From Candidatus Jordarchaeia archaeon (GTDB lineage Archaea > Asgardarchaeota > Jordiarchaeia > Jordiarchaeales > Jordiarchaeaceae): a stretch of DNA of 59,898 bases. The position numbers were made by a program, and so were the translations under genes. Shown here piece after piece: positions 39,829-49,135 of this stretch. The stretch's first letter is position 1. Every line of letters begins with the position of its first letter. The stretch is from positions 1 through 59,898 of the forward strand of contig JAHQXB010000155.1 in assembly GCA_029856435.1 (NCBI GenBank), read 5' to 3'. The notes under the pieces were generated by a model that had not been told where the DNA came from, did not search any database, and saw only the letters and a program-made list of their open reading frames with translations.

Positions 39829-39934
39829 AAGTATGAACATAAAAAATAGTCTTAGAGGTGGCAAAAACATTTTGCTACCCATTATATTTTTCTTACCACA
39901 TTACTTAAAGCCGAAAAAAGAGTATATCGTTTAA

Positions 39935-41557
39935 CTAATAGGCATCCTCATCTTCTAGAATACCCGCCTCTCTGGCAAACTTTCCATATCCCATCTTTAT
40001 TAGTACTCTGGTGCTTCGGTTAAGTAGGAAGTCAATCCAAGTTTCTTCCGTAGGTTCATTGTAGAATTTCCCAAATCTTTTTGCGTATTGCTTTTCGTCT
40101 TTGCTGGATACCAAGTTTTTGACTGCACTCTGTGAAAAAGCTATTTCTACATCGGCAGCATTTGCCTTGCTGTTGTTTATTTTTATCCCGTATTCGGTTC
40201 GCACTACGTGGAATGCTTCCAAGGGAGGTTTTTCGCTCTCAAAGCTTTCAAGAGAGTCGAAGATAGAGAAGTCTACTATTGAATCCTTTACAAGATCTGC
40301 GAATATGTTTGGGTGCTCATCGAGATATTTCATGAATCTTTGACCAAGAGTTAACTGTTCTTGGAGATCCTGCACCATTTTTGATTCACTTGTGTAGTTG
40401 TTCAGCAGGAATTCAGTGATGTCCATCACGTTTAATCCAGTGCTGTCAGCACCGTCCATGAGGTTTGTTTTGCAGAAGGGACAGGCGCTGAGGAGGACTT
40501 CCGCCTTGGTTTCGGCTGCTTCAATAAGTCTCTCTTTAGATATTTTTACTGCTATATCTGGAAATGCTTTCTTCACCCCGCTTCCCGCGCCGCAGCAGTG
40601 TGCATATTTGCGATTTGTTTTCATTTCCACAAGTTCAACATTTGCTATGGCTTTTAGAAGATTGCGGGGTTCTTCAAAGATATTCATATGCCTGCCTAGG
40701 TGGCAGGGGTCATGATAGGTGACTCTAATCTTTTTGGGGCTGGCGAATGATATTTTATTCTGGTCCTTGAGTTTCTTTAGAAGTTCCACAACGTGCATTA
40801 GCTTTACTTTATTTCCATCCCATAGTGGGGCGTAGTCCTTAGCAAAGGTTCTATAACAACCAGCGCAGGAGAAAACTACTGTTTTCGCCCCCACCTCATT
40901 AATTTTATCAATGTTGTACCTTGCAAATTCCTTCGCAGTTTTCACGAATCCAGTCCTAAAGAGGGTTGACCCGCAACACCTCTCATCGTTTAGGATTGTA
41001 AAGTCTACACCGGATTTGTGGAGTAGCTCTATGGTGGATTTAGCTATTTCTTTTCTGCGATAGCTTGAGGTGCAACCCACAAAGTATACTATATCCGCAT
41101 TTTCAGGTATTGATATTGAGTCCAGAAACTCTCGTCTCTTTTGGTGGTCTTCCCCATAAGGATTGAATTTTTCTATAATGTTTTTTTCTATGCTGGCGTG
41201 GGAATCCAAGAAATACCCAGCATCAACTAGCTCCCTCCTCAGGCACTCCATCATAGAGGGGACGTCAATACCACCCTCAATAGCTAAGCATGTTTCTTTA
41301 CAGCTAGCACAAGTAAGGCAAAGATTAGCCCACTGAACAATGCTTGGATCAACATCTAGTTCTCCTTCAAGTAGCTTTTTCAAAATAATTATCCTGCCCC
41401 GAGCGCTATACGTCTCAAAACCCAGAATGTTTCTTATGGGGCAGGGCATAGAAATATGCTTCTTAGCGGTACTGATCTTCACTGAGTAAGCACAATCCCC
41501 ACAACGCCCACATTTTTCCATCTGCGGCAAATAGTCAGCTAAACCATTGAAATTCAT
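39935..41557 (-). CDS. GlcF/HdrD-like Fe-S oxidoreductase with an extra ~140-aa C-terminal domain (possibly SCP2-like)
   Basis: CGRCGDC...CP, CLTCASCKETC, RCCGS, YHDPCHLGR, CCGAGSG, ACPFC, followed by an extension. Confidence 0.88.
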   Translation of the reverse strand: MNFNGLADYLPQMEKCGRCGDCAYSVKISTAKKHISMPCPIRNILGFETYSARGRIIILKKLLEGELDVDPSIVQWANLCLTCASCKETCLAIEGGIDVPSMMECLRRELVDAGYFLDSHASIEKNIIEKFNPYGEDHQKRREFLDSISIPENADIVYFVGCTSSYRRKEIAKSTIELLHKSGVDFTILNDERCCGSTLFRTGFVKTAKEFARYNIDKINEVGAKTVVFSCAGCYRTFAKDYAPLWDGNKVKLMHVVELLKKLKDQNKISFASPKKIRVTYHDPCHLGRHMNIFEEPRNLLKAIANVELVEMKTNRKYAHCCGAGSGVKKAFPDIAVKISKERLIEAAETKAEVLLSACPFCKTNLMDGADSTGLNVMDITEFLLNNYTSESKMVQDLQEQLTLGQRFMKYLDEHPNIFADLVKDSIVDFSIFDSLESFESEKPPLEAFHVVRTEYGIKINNSKANAADVEIAFSQSAVKNLVSSKDEKQYAKRFGKFYNEPTEETWIDFLLNRSTRVLIKMGYGKFAREAGILEDEDAY

Positions 41558-41568
41558 CTACAAACACC

Positions 41569-42981
41569 TCACAAACCAAACACTAAAGGATGCAGAATGT
41601 TATTAGGATCAAGAGTCCCTTTGATTTTCTTCAAAAGACCGTAGAAATTAGGTGATACTTGGGAAAGACACTCTCCCTCCCATAGGGGCCCACACCAATA
41701 GGGCACAGCACCACCAGTTGAAAATTCCATCTGTTTAAGTTCGCCCCAAACCTTTTCCATTAGCGGTTTGTTTTTCGGGTCGCCCATAAAGAGGGTAATC
41801 CAACCCGTGCAGTAGCTTCTATCCACACCCAGGGCACTAATGATCCAATTCATACCCTTACTCTTAACATCATACTTCTTAAAGATCTTAAGTGCACCCT
41901 TAACAGTTTGGGGTAGAGTGGAGATGGGTCTCAAATGGCAAGTATTATACCAGAAACCAGAATCAAAAAGAGGCTGAACCATGTTGAACATGTCGGTCCA
42001 ATGAGCCTTAGACAGAAAGGTACCCAGAGACCGCCCATCCTTCTTAGCTATCTGGTCTACCAAATCTTTCTTTTTGTTGGCTATTTCCTCATTTTCTTCT
42101 TCTATGATAACCGCCAAAATGCATTCCAAGTGTTCATAGAAATCAAGATAGGAATTTGCCAAAAGATCAATTGAATTTCTGTCGCCCAACAAAACGAGTT
42201 CCTCAGCCAGATTCCTTCTCTGCAATTCATGCATAACTTTAGCGCAGTCTTCTATGCTGTCAAAACCATAGTCCGCAAAGGCTACTCCATTAGGAGTATA
42301 GTATACTTTAAGAGTTGCCTCAGTTTTTACACCGAGGGTTCCGTGGTCGCCCAGAAACAATCCAGTCAAGTCATTGAATGTGGTATATCGGGCGAAAGTC
42401 TTTGCTTTGGGATTCCAACCACTACCTGTATTAACAATCTCGCCCGTGGGCAACACAACTTCCAGCCCTACAACGGAATCACAGGCACCACCCCACTTAC
42501 TGGCGCCGCAACCAATACTATTACCGCTCAGTGAGCCACCAACGGTTCCTGCATTACCCCCGTAGGGTCCACGGAATCCCAGTTTGAAACCTTTTTCCTT
42601 CAGTAAATGAATTAGTTCAGCCCACCTCAAACCTGCACCCACGGTAACTGTCATTGTGTCTTCGTCGAGCTTTTTCAGGTAGTCCATGCGGGTTAAATCA
42701 AGCATTATTGTATTAGGTACACGGGGGAGGGGGGCACCATTGATACTACTTCTAGCCCCTGCTGGAACTACGGGGATTTTTTTATCATTAGCAAGTTTTA
42801 GGATTTTTGAGACCTCTTCCGTGCAGCCGGGACGGACTACAATTCCCGGAGAGTCTAATTGGAAGGGACTCGCGTCTCGACTGTAAGCTAGGAGATCTAT
42901 TGCATTATCTCTAACGTTTTCCTCACCGGAAATGGCCACCAGTTCATAGTAAGAAGGGTGGTGCTTTGCGCTCTCTAACAT
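41569..42981 (-). CDS. FAD-binding oxidoreductase (GlcD / alkyl-DHAP-synthase superfamily)
   Basis: VVRPGCTEEV, TVGGSLSGN, GLEVVLPTGEI, GTLG, DPNNILHP. Confidence 0.88.
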   Translation of the reverse strand: MLESAKHHPSYYELVAISGEENVRDNAIDLLAYSRDASPFQLDSPGIVVRPGCTEEVSKILKLANDKKIPVVPAGARSSINGAPLPRVPNTIMLDLTRMDYLKKLDEDTMTVTVGAGLRWAELIHLLKEKGFKLGFRGPYGGNAGTVGGSLSGNSIGCGASKWGGACDSVVGLEVVLPTGEIVNTGSGWNPKAKTFARYTTFNDLTGLFLGDHGTLGVKTEATLKVYYTPNGVAFADYGFDSIEDCAKVMHELQRRNLAEELVLLGDRNSIDLLANSYLDFYEHLECILAVIIEEENEEIANKKKDLVDQIAKKDGRSLGTFLSKAHWTDMFNMVQPLFDSGFWYNTCHLRPISTLPQTVKGALKIFKKYDVKSKGMNWIISALGVDRSYCTGWITLFMGDPKNKPLMEKVWGELKQMEFSTGGAVPYWCGPLWEGECLSQVSPNFYGLLKKIKGTLDPNNILHPLVFGL

Positions 42982-43262
42982 TATAATGCCCTCTTGTGGG
43001 GAATAATTAGCGTAGAAAATTCTTTGCCCCTTTTAATTTTTTTCCCAATTTTATAATTAAAGTTCGCTTGTTTTATGATTATAACCAATTTCGACATTTA
43101 TTTCGAATATTTAGCTTAAAATTCTAAATATGTTGAACTAATCTCTGCAAACAACGATAATTTTTAATAAGCGCAAAACAGTCGAAACAGACCACTTTAT
43201 GCTCAAAAAAATATCATCAATTATTCAAAAATACCTCTTGAGAGTGTTAGGAGCTGGTAGCG

Positions 43263-44780
43263 GTGACTATAGTAAACACCTCCAAAGATAAAATTTTCGT
43301 TAAGGACAAATATTCAGGTGAAATTATAGGTGAGTTACCCGCGGACAACATGGATATTCTAAGAGAGAAAATCAAGAAAGTTTACAAACTTGAGGAAAAG
43401 ATGCGAAATACCACTTTAGATGAGAGAATAGAGTTTATTAGAAGAGTTTCAAGAAGGATACGGTTGAAAAGACAAAAAATAAAGGAGACCATTGCAAGAG
43501 AAGGAGGTCTCCCAATAAAATACGCCGATTGGGAAGTAGGTATGATATCTCAAGGCTACCTACACGCTGATTGGCGTGGAGAAATGATTGAAGAAAGAAA
43601 GATCCAAGCAATACGTGGAGAAAGTAGAGCCGCTTTTCACCCCTTAGGAACCTGCGGCACAATGACTCCCAGAAACACCCCCTTCAGCCTTACCGGATGG
43701 GCAATAGGTGCCGCTTGGTTGACGGGTAATTCCCATGTTTTGAAGCCCTCAAGTGCGGTGCCACTCTCGCCATTAATACTCCTTGAGCTTGCCCGAGATG
43801 TTGCAGACGACTTCCCAATCGAAGCTACCGAGATAACCGTTATGCCCGGCGATGAGGCAGCTACAGAATTTGTATCTAATCCTATGGTCAGCATATTCCT
43901 ATTTTTTGGTAGTAGCCATGTTGGGAAACAGCTCCTTATTGATTATGCAGAGTATCTTAAGAGCTGCACGCGTGCCCTGCCGTTTGCCGCGGGCTTTATG
44001 AATCAGGGAAAGTTCAAAAAATTCATTTTTGAAATGGCGGGAAACGATGCGGGAATAATTTTTGAGGATGTGAACATCGATAAAGCCGCCAACTTTGTAG
44101 TCAAAGCTGCACTCACAAATAGCGGTCAGCAATGCTTTAGCATGAAGAGGATACTAGTCCAAGACAGTATTTTCGACGATTTCCTAGATGCAATGGTAAA
44201 TTATACTTCAAAACTAAAAATGGGTAACCCACTAGATCCTACAGTAGACATTGGCCCTCTAGGTTCGGAGAAAATAATGCTCATGATTGATTTTATGGTG
44301 AAGGATGCCCTAAACAAGGGAGGAAAGCTTTTAATTGGAGGCGAACGCCAAGACCCCTTCTACCTACCTACAATAATAAAATTTAACAAAGAGCAGGTCA
44401 TAGATCCCGACGAAAACAAGAGACCCTTCATGTGGGTTGAAGAAGCCTTCGGTCCCGCAAGAAGCGTCGTGCCCTTCCATGATGAGGAAGAAGCAGTGAT
44501 GCTTGCTAATAGTACTACTTATGGTATGCGCGCTTCAATTTATTCTGAGGATCTAGACAAAGCAAACAGAGTTGCCCGAAAACTAGAAACCGCAGGCGTC
44601 TTCATAAATACACAACCAGGACAGGTAGACATATCATTCAAAATGGGCGGCGTTAAGGATTCGGGATTCCCACCAGGAGCACGTGACATAGTAAATCACA
44701 TGGTGAGAGAACAATTCATACATATTGAGGACGCATTCCACGAAAAAGAAAAAGTGAAGGAGGAGGAAGAGGAGGAGTAA
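43263..44780 (+). CDS. NAD(P)-dependent aldehyde dehydrogenase
   Basis: PRNTP, KPS, FGSSHVG, catalytic E in FEMAG, catalytic C in SGQQCFS, EEAFGP, YGMRASIY. Confidence 0.92.
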   Translation: MTIVNTSKDKIFVKDKYSGEIIGELPADNMDILREKIKKVYKLEEKMRNTTLDERIEFIRRVSRRIRLKRQKIKETIAREGGLPIKYADWEVGMISQGYLHADWRGEMIEERKIQAIRGESRAAFHPLGTCGTMTPRNTPFSLTGWAIGAAWLTGNSHVLKPSSAVPLSPLILLELARDVADDFPIEATEITVMPGDEAATEFVSNPMVSIFLFFGSSHVGKQLLIDYAEYLKSCTRALPFAAGFMNQGKFKKFIFEMAGNDAGIIFEDVNIDKAANFVVKAALTNSGQQCFSMKRILVQDSIFDDFLDAMVNYTSKLKMGNPLDPTVDIGPLGSEKIMLMIDFMVKDALNKGGKLLIGGERQDPFYLPTIIKFNKEQVIDPDENKRPFMWVEEAFGPARSVVPFHDEEEAVMLANSTTYGMRASIYSEDLDKANRVARKLETAGVFINTQPGQVDISFKMGGVKDSGFPPGARDIVNHMVREQFIHIEDAFHEKEKVKEEEEEE

Positions 44781-44855
44781 AACCAAATTTTTGGGACAAT
44801 TGCGAAAATGGGGATTAACGCTCAAACTGGTGCTGCGCTCAAGAGCCGGGAAAGG

Positions 44856-44908
44856 AACTTTTCTTCTCTTTTTCATTTTTCTTTCCCGGCTTCTTTTTCC
44901 TTTTTTAT
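44856..44908 (+). terminator. T-rich archaeal terminator-like tract between converging genes
   Basis: Multiple T-runs (cttttcttctctttttcatttttctttccc...tttttccttttttat) downstream of the ALDH stop codon. Confidence 0.45.
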
Positions 44909-45429
44909 GTAATGTGTCTTATTAGTTCATCAATCGTTTTTTGAAATATTTGGAGTAATAGGTTCAATGTGTTCTCCATATCTGTGAGTAGTTTTGTGAG
45001 ATACTGTTTTTCTCTTATTTCTTCATTGTTTCTTGGGTTGAAGTGTTGCATAATTTTTTGGGCTTGTTTGATGCTTTCCTGAAGTTGCTTGTTGGTTTCT
45101 ACCCATTTTAGTAGTCCTGCAATTGTCATTTGGCTGAAGCTGGATTGGGACGAGTAGTAGGTTGTCCTTTCCCCGGGTTTTTTGTGGCGTCTTATGGCGT
45201 TAAACTGTAGAAGATTTTTAAGAGCTTGACTTACAGCAGCTAGACTGTAATTGGTTTTATCGCTAATCTGTTTCTGGGTCAGGGGTTCTGGGCTTAGTTG
45301 TATTGTGGCGAGAATTCTTCCAAGCATTGGGAGGCCACCTCGCTCCTCCATTAACCGCTCCCAAGCCTGTGTAATTATTGATTTAGCAGATTGGAGTTCT
45401 TCTGCTTCCCGCATTGTTTTTTCGCTCAT
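44905..45429 (-). CDS. GbsR/MarR family transcriptional regulator
   Basis: GLPMLGRILATIQLSPEPLTQKQI, YSLAAVSQALKNL, KPGERTTYY wing. Confidence 0.88.
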   Translation of the reverse strand: MSEKTMREAEELQSAKSIITQAWERLMEERGGLPMLGRILATIQLSPEPLTQKQISDKTNYSLAAVSQALKNLLQFNAIRRHKKPGERTTYYSSQSSFSQMTIAGLLKWVETNKQLQESIKQAQKIMQHFNPRNNEEIREKQYLTKLLTDMENTLNLLLQIFQKTIDELIRHIT

Positions 45430-45460
45430 TTTAGGTCGGGGTATTAAGTGATGGGGAAGG

Positions 45461-45513
45461 TTTATATATTTTACTAATTTTAATAATTATTAAAATTAAA
45501 AAAATTAGTAAAA
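45461..45513 (-). promoter_or_regulatory. TATA-like box plus 24-bp perfect palindrome (candidate operator) upstream of the GbsR/MarR gene
   Basis: TAATTTTAATAA|TTATTAAAATTA at 45475-45498, an outer inverted repeat TTTTACTAATTTT / AAAATTAGTAAAA, and minus-strand AATATATAAA at 45461-45470. Confidence 0.55.
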
Positions 45514-45829
45514 AATGTGCCTAAATTGAGGGGCGTAGAATACTAGTTAAAGTCGCCTGTACGCATCAGTTTCAAACTAAGAACCACCAAACAAGAACTT
45601 AAACAAAATGAATCAATAAAAATTCTAATAGTATAGTATTATAGTATATATGCTCACCCTAGGTTTAATATTACCTCTGTAATGGCCGCTATTCTAACCC
45701 AGTATGATACATTCTACGTTGATCCCAGAAATTGTGGAGGCTCAGCTCAAATTCTGGCAGACGGGGTAATTGCTCACTACGGCTGTACATGACCAGCTCT
45801 AAACCAAATCTTAGGATACATATTACTAA

Positions 45830-46195
45830 ATGAGTTTGGATACCTTATCCTCTCAGTTGCTCTCATATCCTTTCACCGCTCCGCTTGCCCGCTGGCTGAC
45901 ACTAAGAGATACTGTAGACGCTCCAAAATCAGTCCGGTATTACGCTCTCAGATGTGTACAAGCAATATGCTACGGTACGATGCCAACGTCAAAATTTGGG
46001 TGGATGCCCAACCCGGTTAGCATAATAAAGCTATGGGCCTCAGTGTGGCAGCTATATGCATTAAAAATCTTCTATGATTTTAACTGGAAAAAAGCAATGT
46101 TAGTTGGTCATAGTAGGTTTTCTGGGCGTATTATTTCTCCGGGAAGTAGCATCACTACCCTAGATCCTTGGAGTTATATGCTAAAATTCTTATGA
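45830..46195 (+). pseudogene. Probable decayed YIP1-family membrane protein gene (remnant may extend up to ~45650)
   Basis: Segment VQAICYGTMPTSKFGWMP...IIKLWASVWQLYALKIFYDFNWKKAML resembles the YIP1 C-terminal pattern. Upstream frames hold hydrophobic fragments broken by stops. Confidence 0.35.
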
Positions 46196-46350
46196 ACAAG
46201 ACTTACAAATACTAATTATTTATGTAGAGAGGTGAAGATTTGTTCTGGGTTTTGAATGAATTCAGGGTTCATTCAGTTTGATAATAGATATATAAGAGAA
46301 GAGTTAAATTAATCTTAATTTAGTAGGCAAATTGCATGGAGGGATAAGAG

Positions 46351-47274
46351 TTGGAGTACGATAAGGAGTTGACTTCTGAAATAAAAAATTTCCTTCTTGA
46401 TCAGGGAGCTGACCTAGTGGGTATCGCCCCTATCTCCAGATTTGAAGAGTGCCCTAAGGAAACTCATCCTCAACATTATATGCCGGACGCAACATGTGTA
46501 ATATCCTTCGGAATGAAGATAATGGATGGCGTGTGCGATGTCTGGGGAGAGTATAATCAGCCTCACAAGAGTATTGCTCCATATCTGTTCTACGGCTATG
46601 GATTGTTAAACTTTGACATGTCTAGAATAGGGAATCTTGCTGCGAAACGGTTGTTAGAATTCAGGGGTTACAAGTCCCTCATGTTTCCCCCAACTTGGAT
46701 GATATCCCAGTATCGATTCATTGAAAGGGTTTTAGAGCCTTATGTTACCTTTTTGGCGGACTTTTCTCATCGCCACGCTGCTGTGGCCGCAGGGTTGGGA
46801 GAGTTTGGGTTTAATGGGTTAGTTTTGGTTCCAAAATTTGGTGCCCGTGTACGCTTTAACTCAATTATTACTAATGCTCCCCTAATGCCTGATCCCATGT
46901 ATGACGGCCCTAAACTTTGTCAGCCGGAAAAATGTGATTATAAGTGTGTTAAGGATTGTCCAACTGAGGCTTTAACCCTTGATGAAACCTTTACAGTGAG
47001 GATTGGTGATAAACAGTATGTGTATTCCAAGCCCAATAAGGTGAGGTGTATCATGGGCATATATGCTATGGTGAGAGGAACAGGGGCCCGGACGAGAAAA
47101 AGGTTACCGCCCCGGGAAAAGAAGGAGATTACTATTGAGGATTTTGTACAGGGACGCAAGGGTATTGGGGCATTTGACCAAATTTTTCTGGAGGATTGTC
47201 GGGGTATAATTTGTGGAGACTTCTGTGGAAAGTGTCTTCACGGATGCCCCGCACACAAATTCTATAAGGAATAA
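46351..47274 (+). CDS. QueG/reductive-dehalogenase-like cobalamin-dependent 4Fe-4S protein
   Basis: GADLVGIAP, FSHRHAAVAAGLGEFG, RVRFNSIITNA, CQPEKCDYKCVKDCP and CGKCLHGCP. Confidence 0.82.
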   Translation: MEYDKELTSEIKNFLLDQGADLVGIAPISRFEECPKETHPQHYMPDATCVISFGMKIMDGVCDVWGEYNQPHKSIAPYLFYGYGLLNFDMSRIGNLAAKRLLEFRGYKSLMFPPTWMISQYRFIERVLEPYVTFLADFSHRHAAVAAGLGEFGFNGLVLVPKFGARVRFNSIITNAPLMPDPMYDGPKLCQPEKCDYKCVKDCPTEALTLDETFTVRIGDKQYVYSKPNKVRCIMGIYAMVRGTGARTRKRLPPREKKEITIEDFVQGRKGIGAFDQIFLEDCRGIICGDFCGKCLHGCPAHKFYKE

Positions 47275-47361
47275 CTCCTCCATTGTTACCTTCTATTTCT
47301 TTATCGTTTCCCATTTAGTTGAATTATTATTTCCTGAGTTTTTGGGGATTGTGTTTTGTGT

Positions 47362-48849
47362 TTATGGTTTTAGGAAGCCTTTAATGTTGTCGCAAAGTGA
47401 TGCCCAAAAGGTGTGTTTTGTTATTGGTTGGCTGATTTTTTCAATGCGGTTTATTCTGTAGTATGCTGGGGGGTGTGGGTCGAATGCTAGCCATTCTAGT
47501 CTTCTGTATCTTCGGTAAAATGGTTCTCTTTTGTAGATGGGGAGTAGTTTTTTGTAGGCTATTTTTTTTAACCCGTTGGCAAATGCTTTGGGATTTCCAA
47601 TGTACTTTACTGCGTCTAGATCGCAGCGGGCTTCGAAGACTTTTCCTATGCTGACAACGAGTGCAAGGAAGGCTATGAGATAGAGAAGAAAGCCGGTATA
47701 ACCCAACACTGCTATGTAGGAGGCGAATATGTAGAAGCGGAGGAGAAATTCGAGAATGACTAATCCGAATAGTATTATGGGGTCATGGTTTTTCAGGTGG
47801 CTTAACTCGTGGCCTATGACACTTATTAGTTCTTCTTCTTCAAGTTGCTGCATTATGCCAGTGGTTATGATTATGGCTCCCAGTCTTGGTGAAGGCCCCA
47901 TAACTGCAGCATTAGCCACCTCAGTGTTTGCCACAACTATTTTGGGCATAGATAGTCTGAAAGCTTCAGCAGCTCTTTTAACAAGTTGCCAAACATTCAC
48001 CGTTTTTACCGATAGCCTTTCTGGTTGGCACTCAATGCCGTAGTCAACAAATATTTTCTCTGCCAGTTCGCACGTAAATTTTTTACGCGTTGAAACTATG
48101 TCCCTGTAAATTTTTTCTCTTATTTCGGGAATTTTGCCTGCGTTTGTTTTCAAAAATTGTTTGTATTCCCCCATAGTGAGACTATATTGTAGGAGAATAA
48201 CTTCTGGTCGGTCTTCGGTGATTACCCAGTCACCCCTCGCTGCTAACCTACCCGAAAAAAGGGCAAACAACAGAAGAACAATTCCCAAAAGTAATGGTCC
48301 ATAATCTTGGAACACAATGAGGAAGATGTAGCTTAGAAATATGAACATAAAAAATATTCCATACATGCTTCGGGAGAAAAAAATATCAACCCACTTATTA
48401 GCCTTAGATGATTCGGGAACCATCTTCTCTCCCTGCACATATGCAAAGTAGAGGGAAATATTGGCCATCTGTTCCTCAAAGACCTGAACCATTAGAAGTG
48501 TGTCTTCGTAGAGCTCATCTAAAAAGGCTTTAGGGATATCTGCGCTGCTGGGCCTCATACTTAACCTAATGGGAATACCCGCCTCAAGTGTGACCTCAAC
48601 ATAATTTCCTGTTTTAGGTATGTAAACCTTGTAGGTCAAATAGTTCCTATCCCCCTCAGTGTACAACTCAACCTCCCTAAAGTTTCGGTAACCCTTGTAA
48701 CGAGAGAGATAATACTTTTGCAAAAACTCTGGAAGGTAACCAACATTCGCCGGCACAAGCTCAGTATCGATAGTATATTCTATCACGCTCAGTAAGCCGC
48801 CACTTTCTGTCAAAACAATTCGCCTCAAAAGAAGACAAGTCCTCTCCAA
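47362..48849 (-). CDS. M48 (HtpX-like) zinc metalloprotease with an N-terminal extension (possible start GTG 48786)
   Basis: NAAVMG, GHELSH (HExxH), EARCD, HPPAYYRI, TM segments. Confidence 0.88.
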   Translation of the reverse strand: MERTCLLLRRIVLTESGGLLSVIEYTIDTELVPANVGYLPEFLQKYYLSRYKGYRNFREVELYTEGDRNYLTYKVYIPKTGNYVEVTLEAGIPIRLSMRPSSADIPKAFLDELYEDTLLMVQVFEEQMANISLYFAYVQGEKMVPESSKANKWVDIFFSRSMYGIFFMFIFLSYIFLIVFQDYGPLLLGIVLLLFALFSGRLAARGDWVITEDRPEVILLQYSLTMGEYKQFLKTNAGKIPEIREKIYRDIVSTRKKFTCELAEKIFVDYGIECQPERLSVKTVNVWQLVKRAAEAFRLSMPKIVVANTEVANAAVMGPSPRLGAIIITTGIMQQLEEEELISVIGHELSHLKNHDPIILFGLVILEFLLRFYIFASYIAVLGYTGFLLYLIAFLALVVSIGKVFEARCDLDAVKYIGNPKAFANGLKKIAYKKLLPIYKREPFYRRYRRLEWLAFDPHPPAYYRINRIEKISQPITKHTFWASLCDNIKGFLKP

Positions 48850-48910
48850 AATAGTTAGTTCTTGTAATCTAAGAATAAGTATGAGTATATATTTCTTTCA
48901 CATTTACACT

Positions 48911-48928
48911 TCCCCACGAAGGTGGGGG
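48911..48928. repeat. GC-rich 7-bp inverted repeat (hairpin)
   Basis: TCCCCAC-GAAG-GTGGGGA in an otherwise AT-rich intergenic region. Confidence 0.6.
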
Positions 48929-49135
48929 ATTATCCCGCCAACGACTTTGTAAACTTGAAAGAACACTCGATATGAAAAGCGAAAAAATTTGCTCAAAACA
49001 TTTCTATCAAAAAGTACCTATTTAGAACCATTCGAACTTTTAATTTATACCGGTAGAGCTTGCAACTGAGTAAAAAAATTTAATATAGAGTGATTTTTAA
49101 AGAATTAGCTTAAAATTATAAGGATATGGTTCTAA

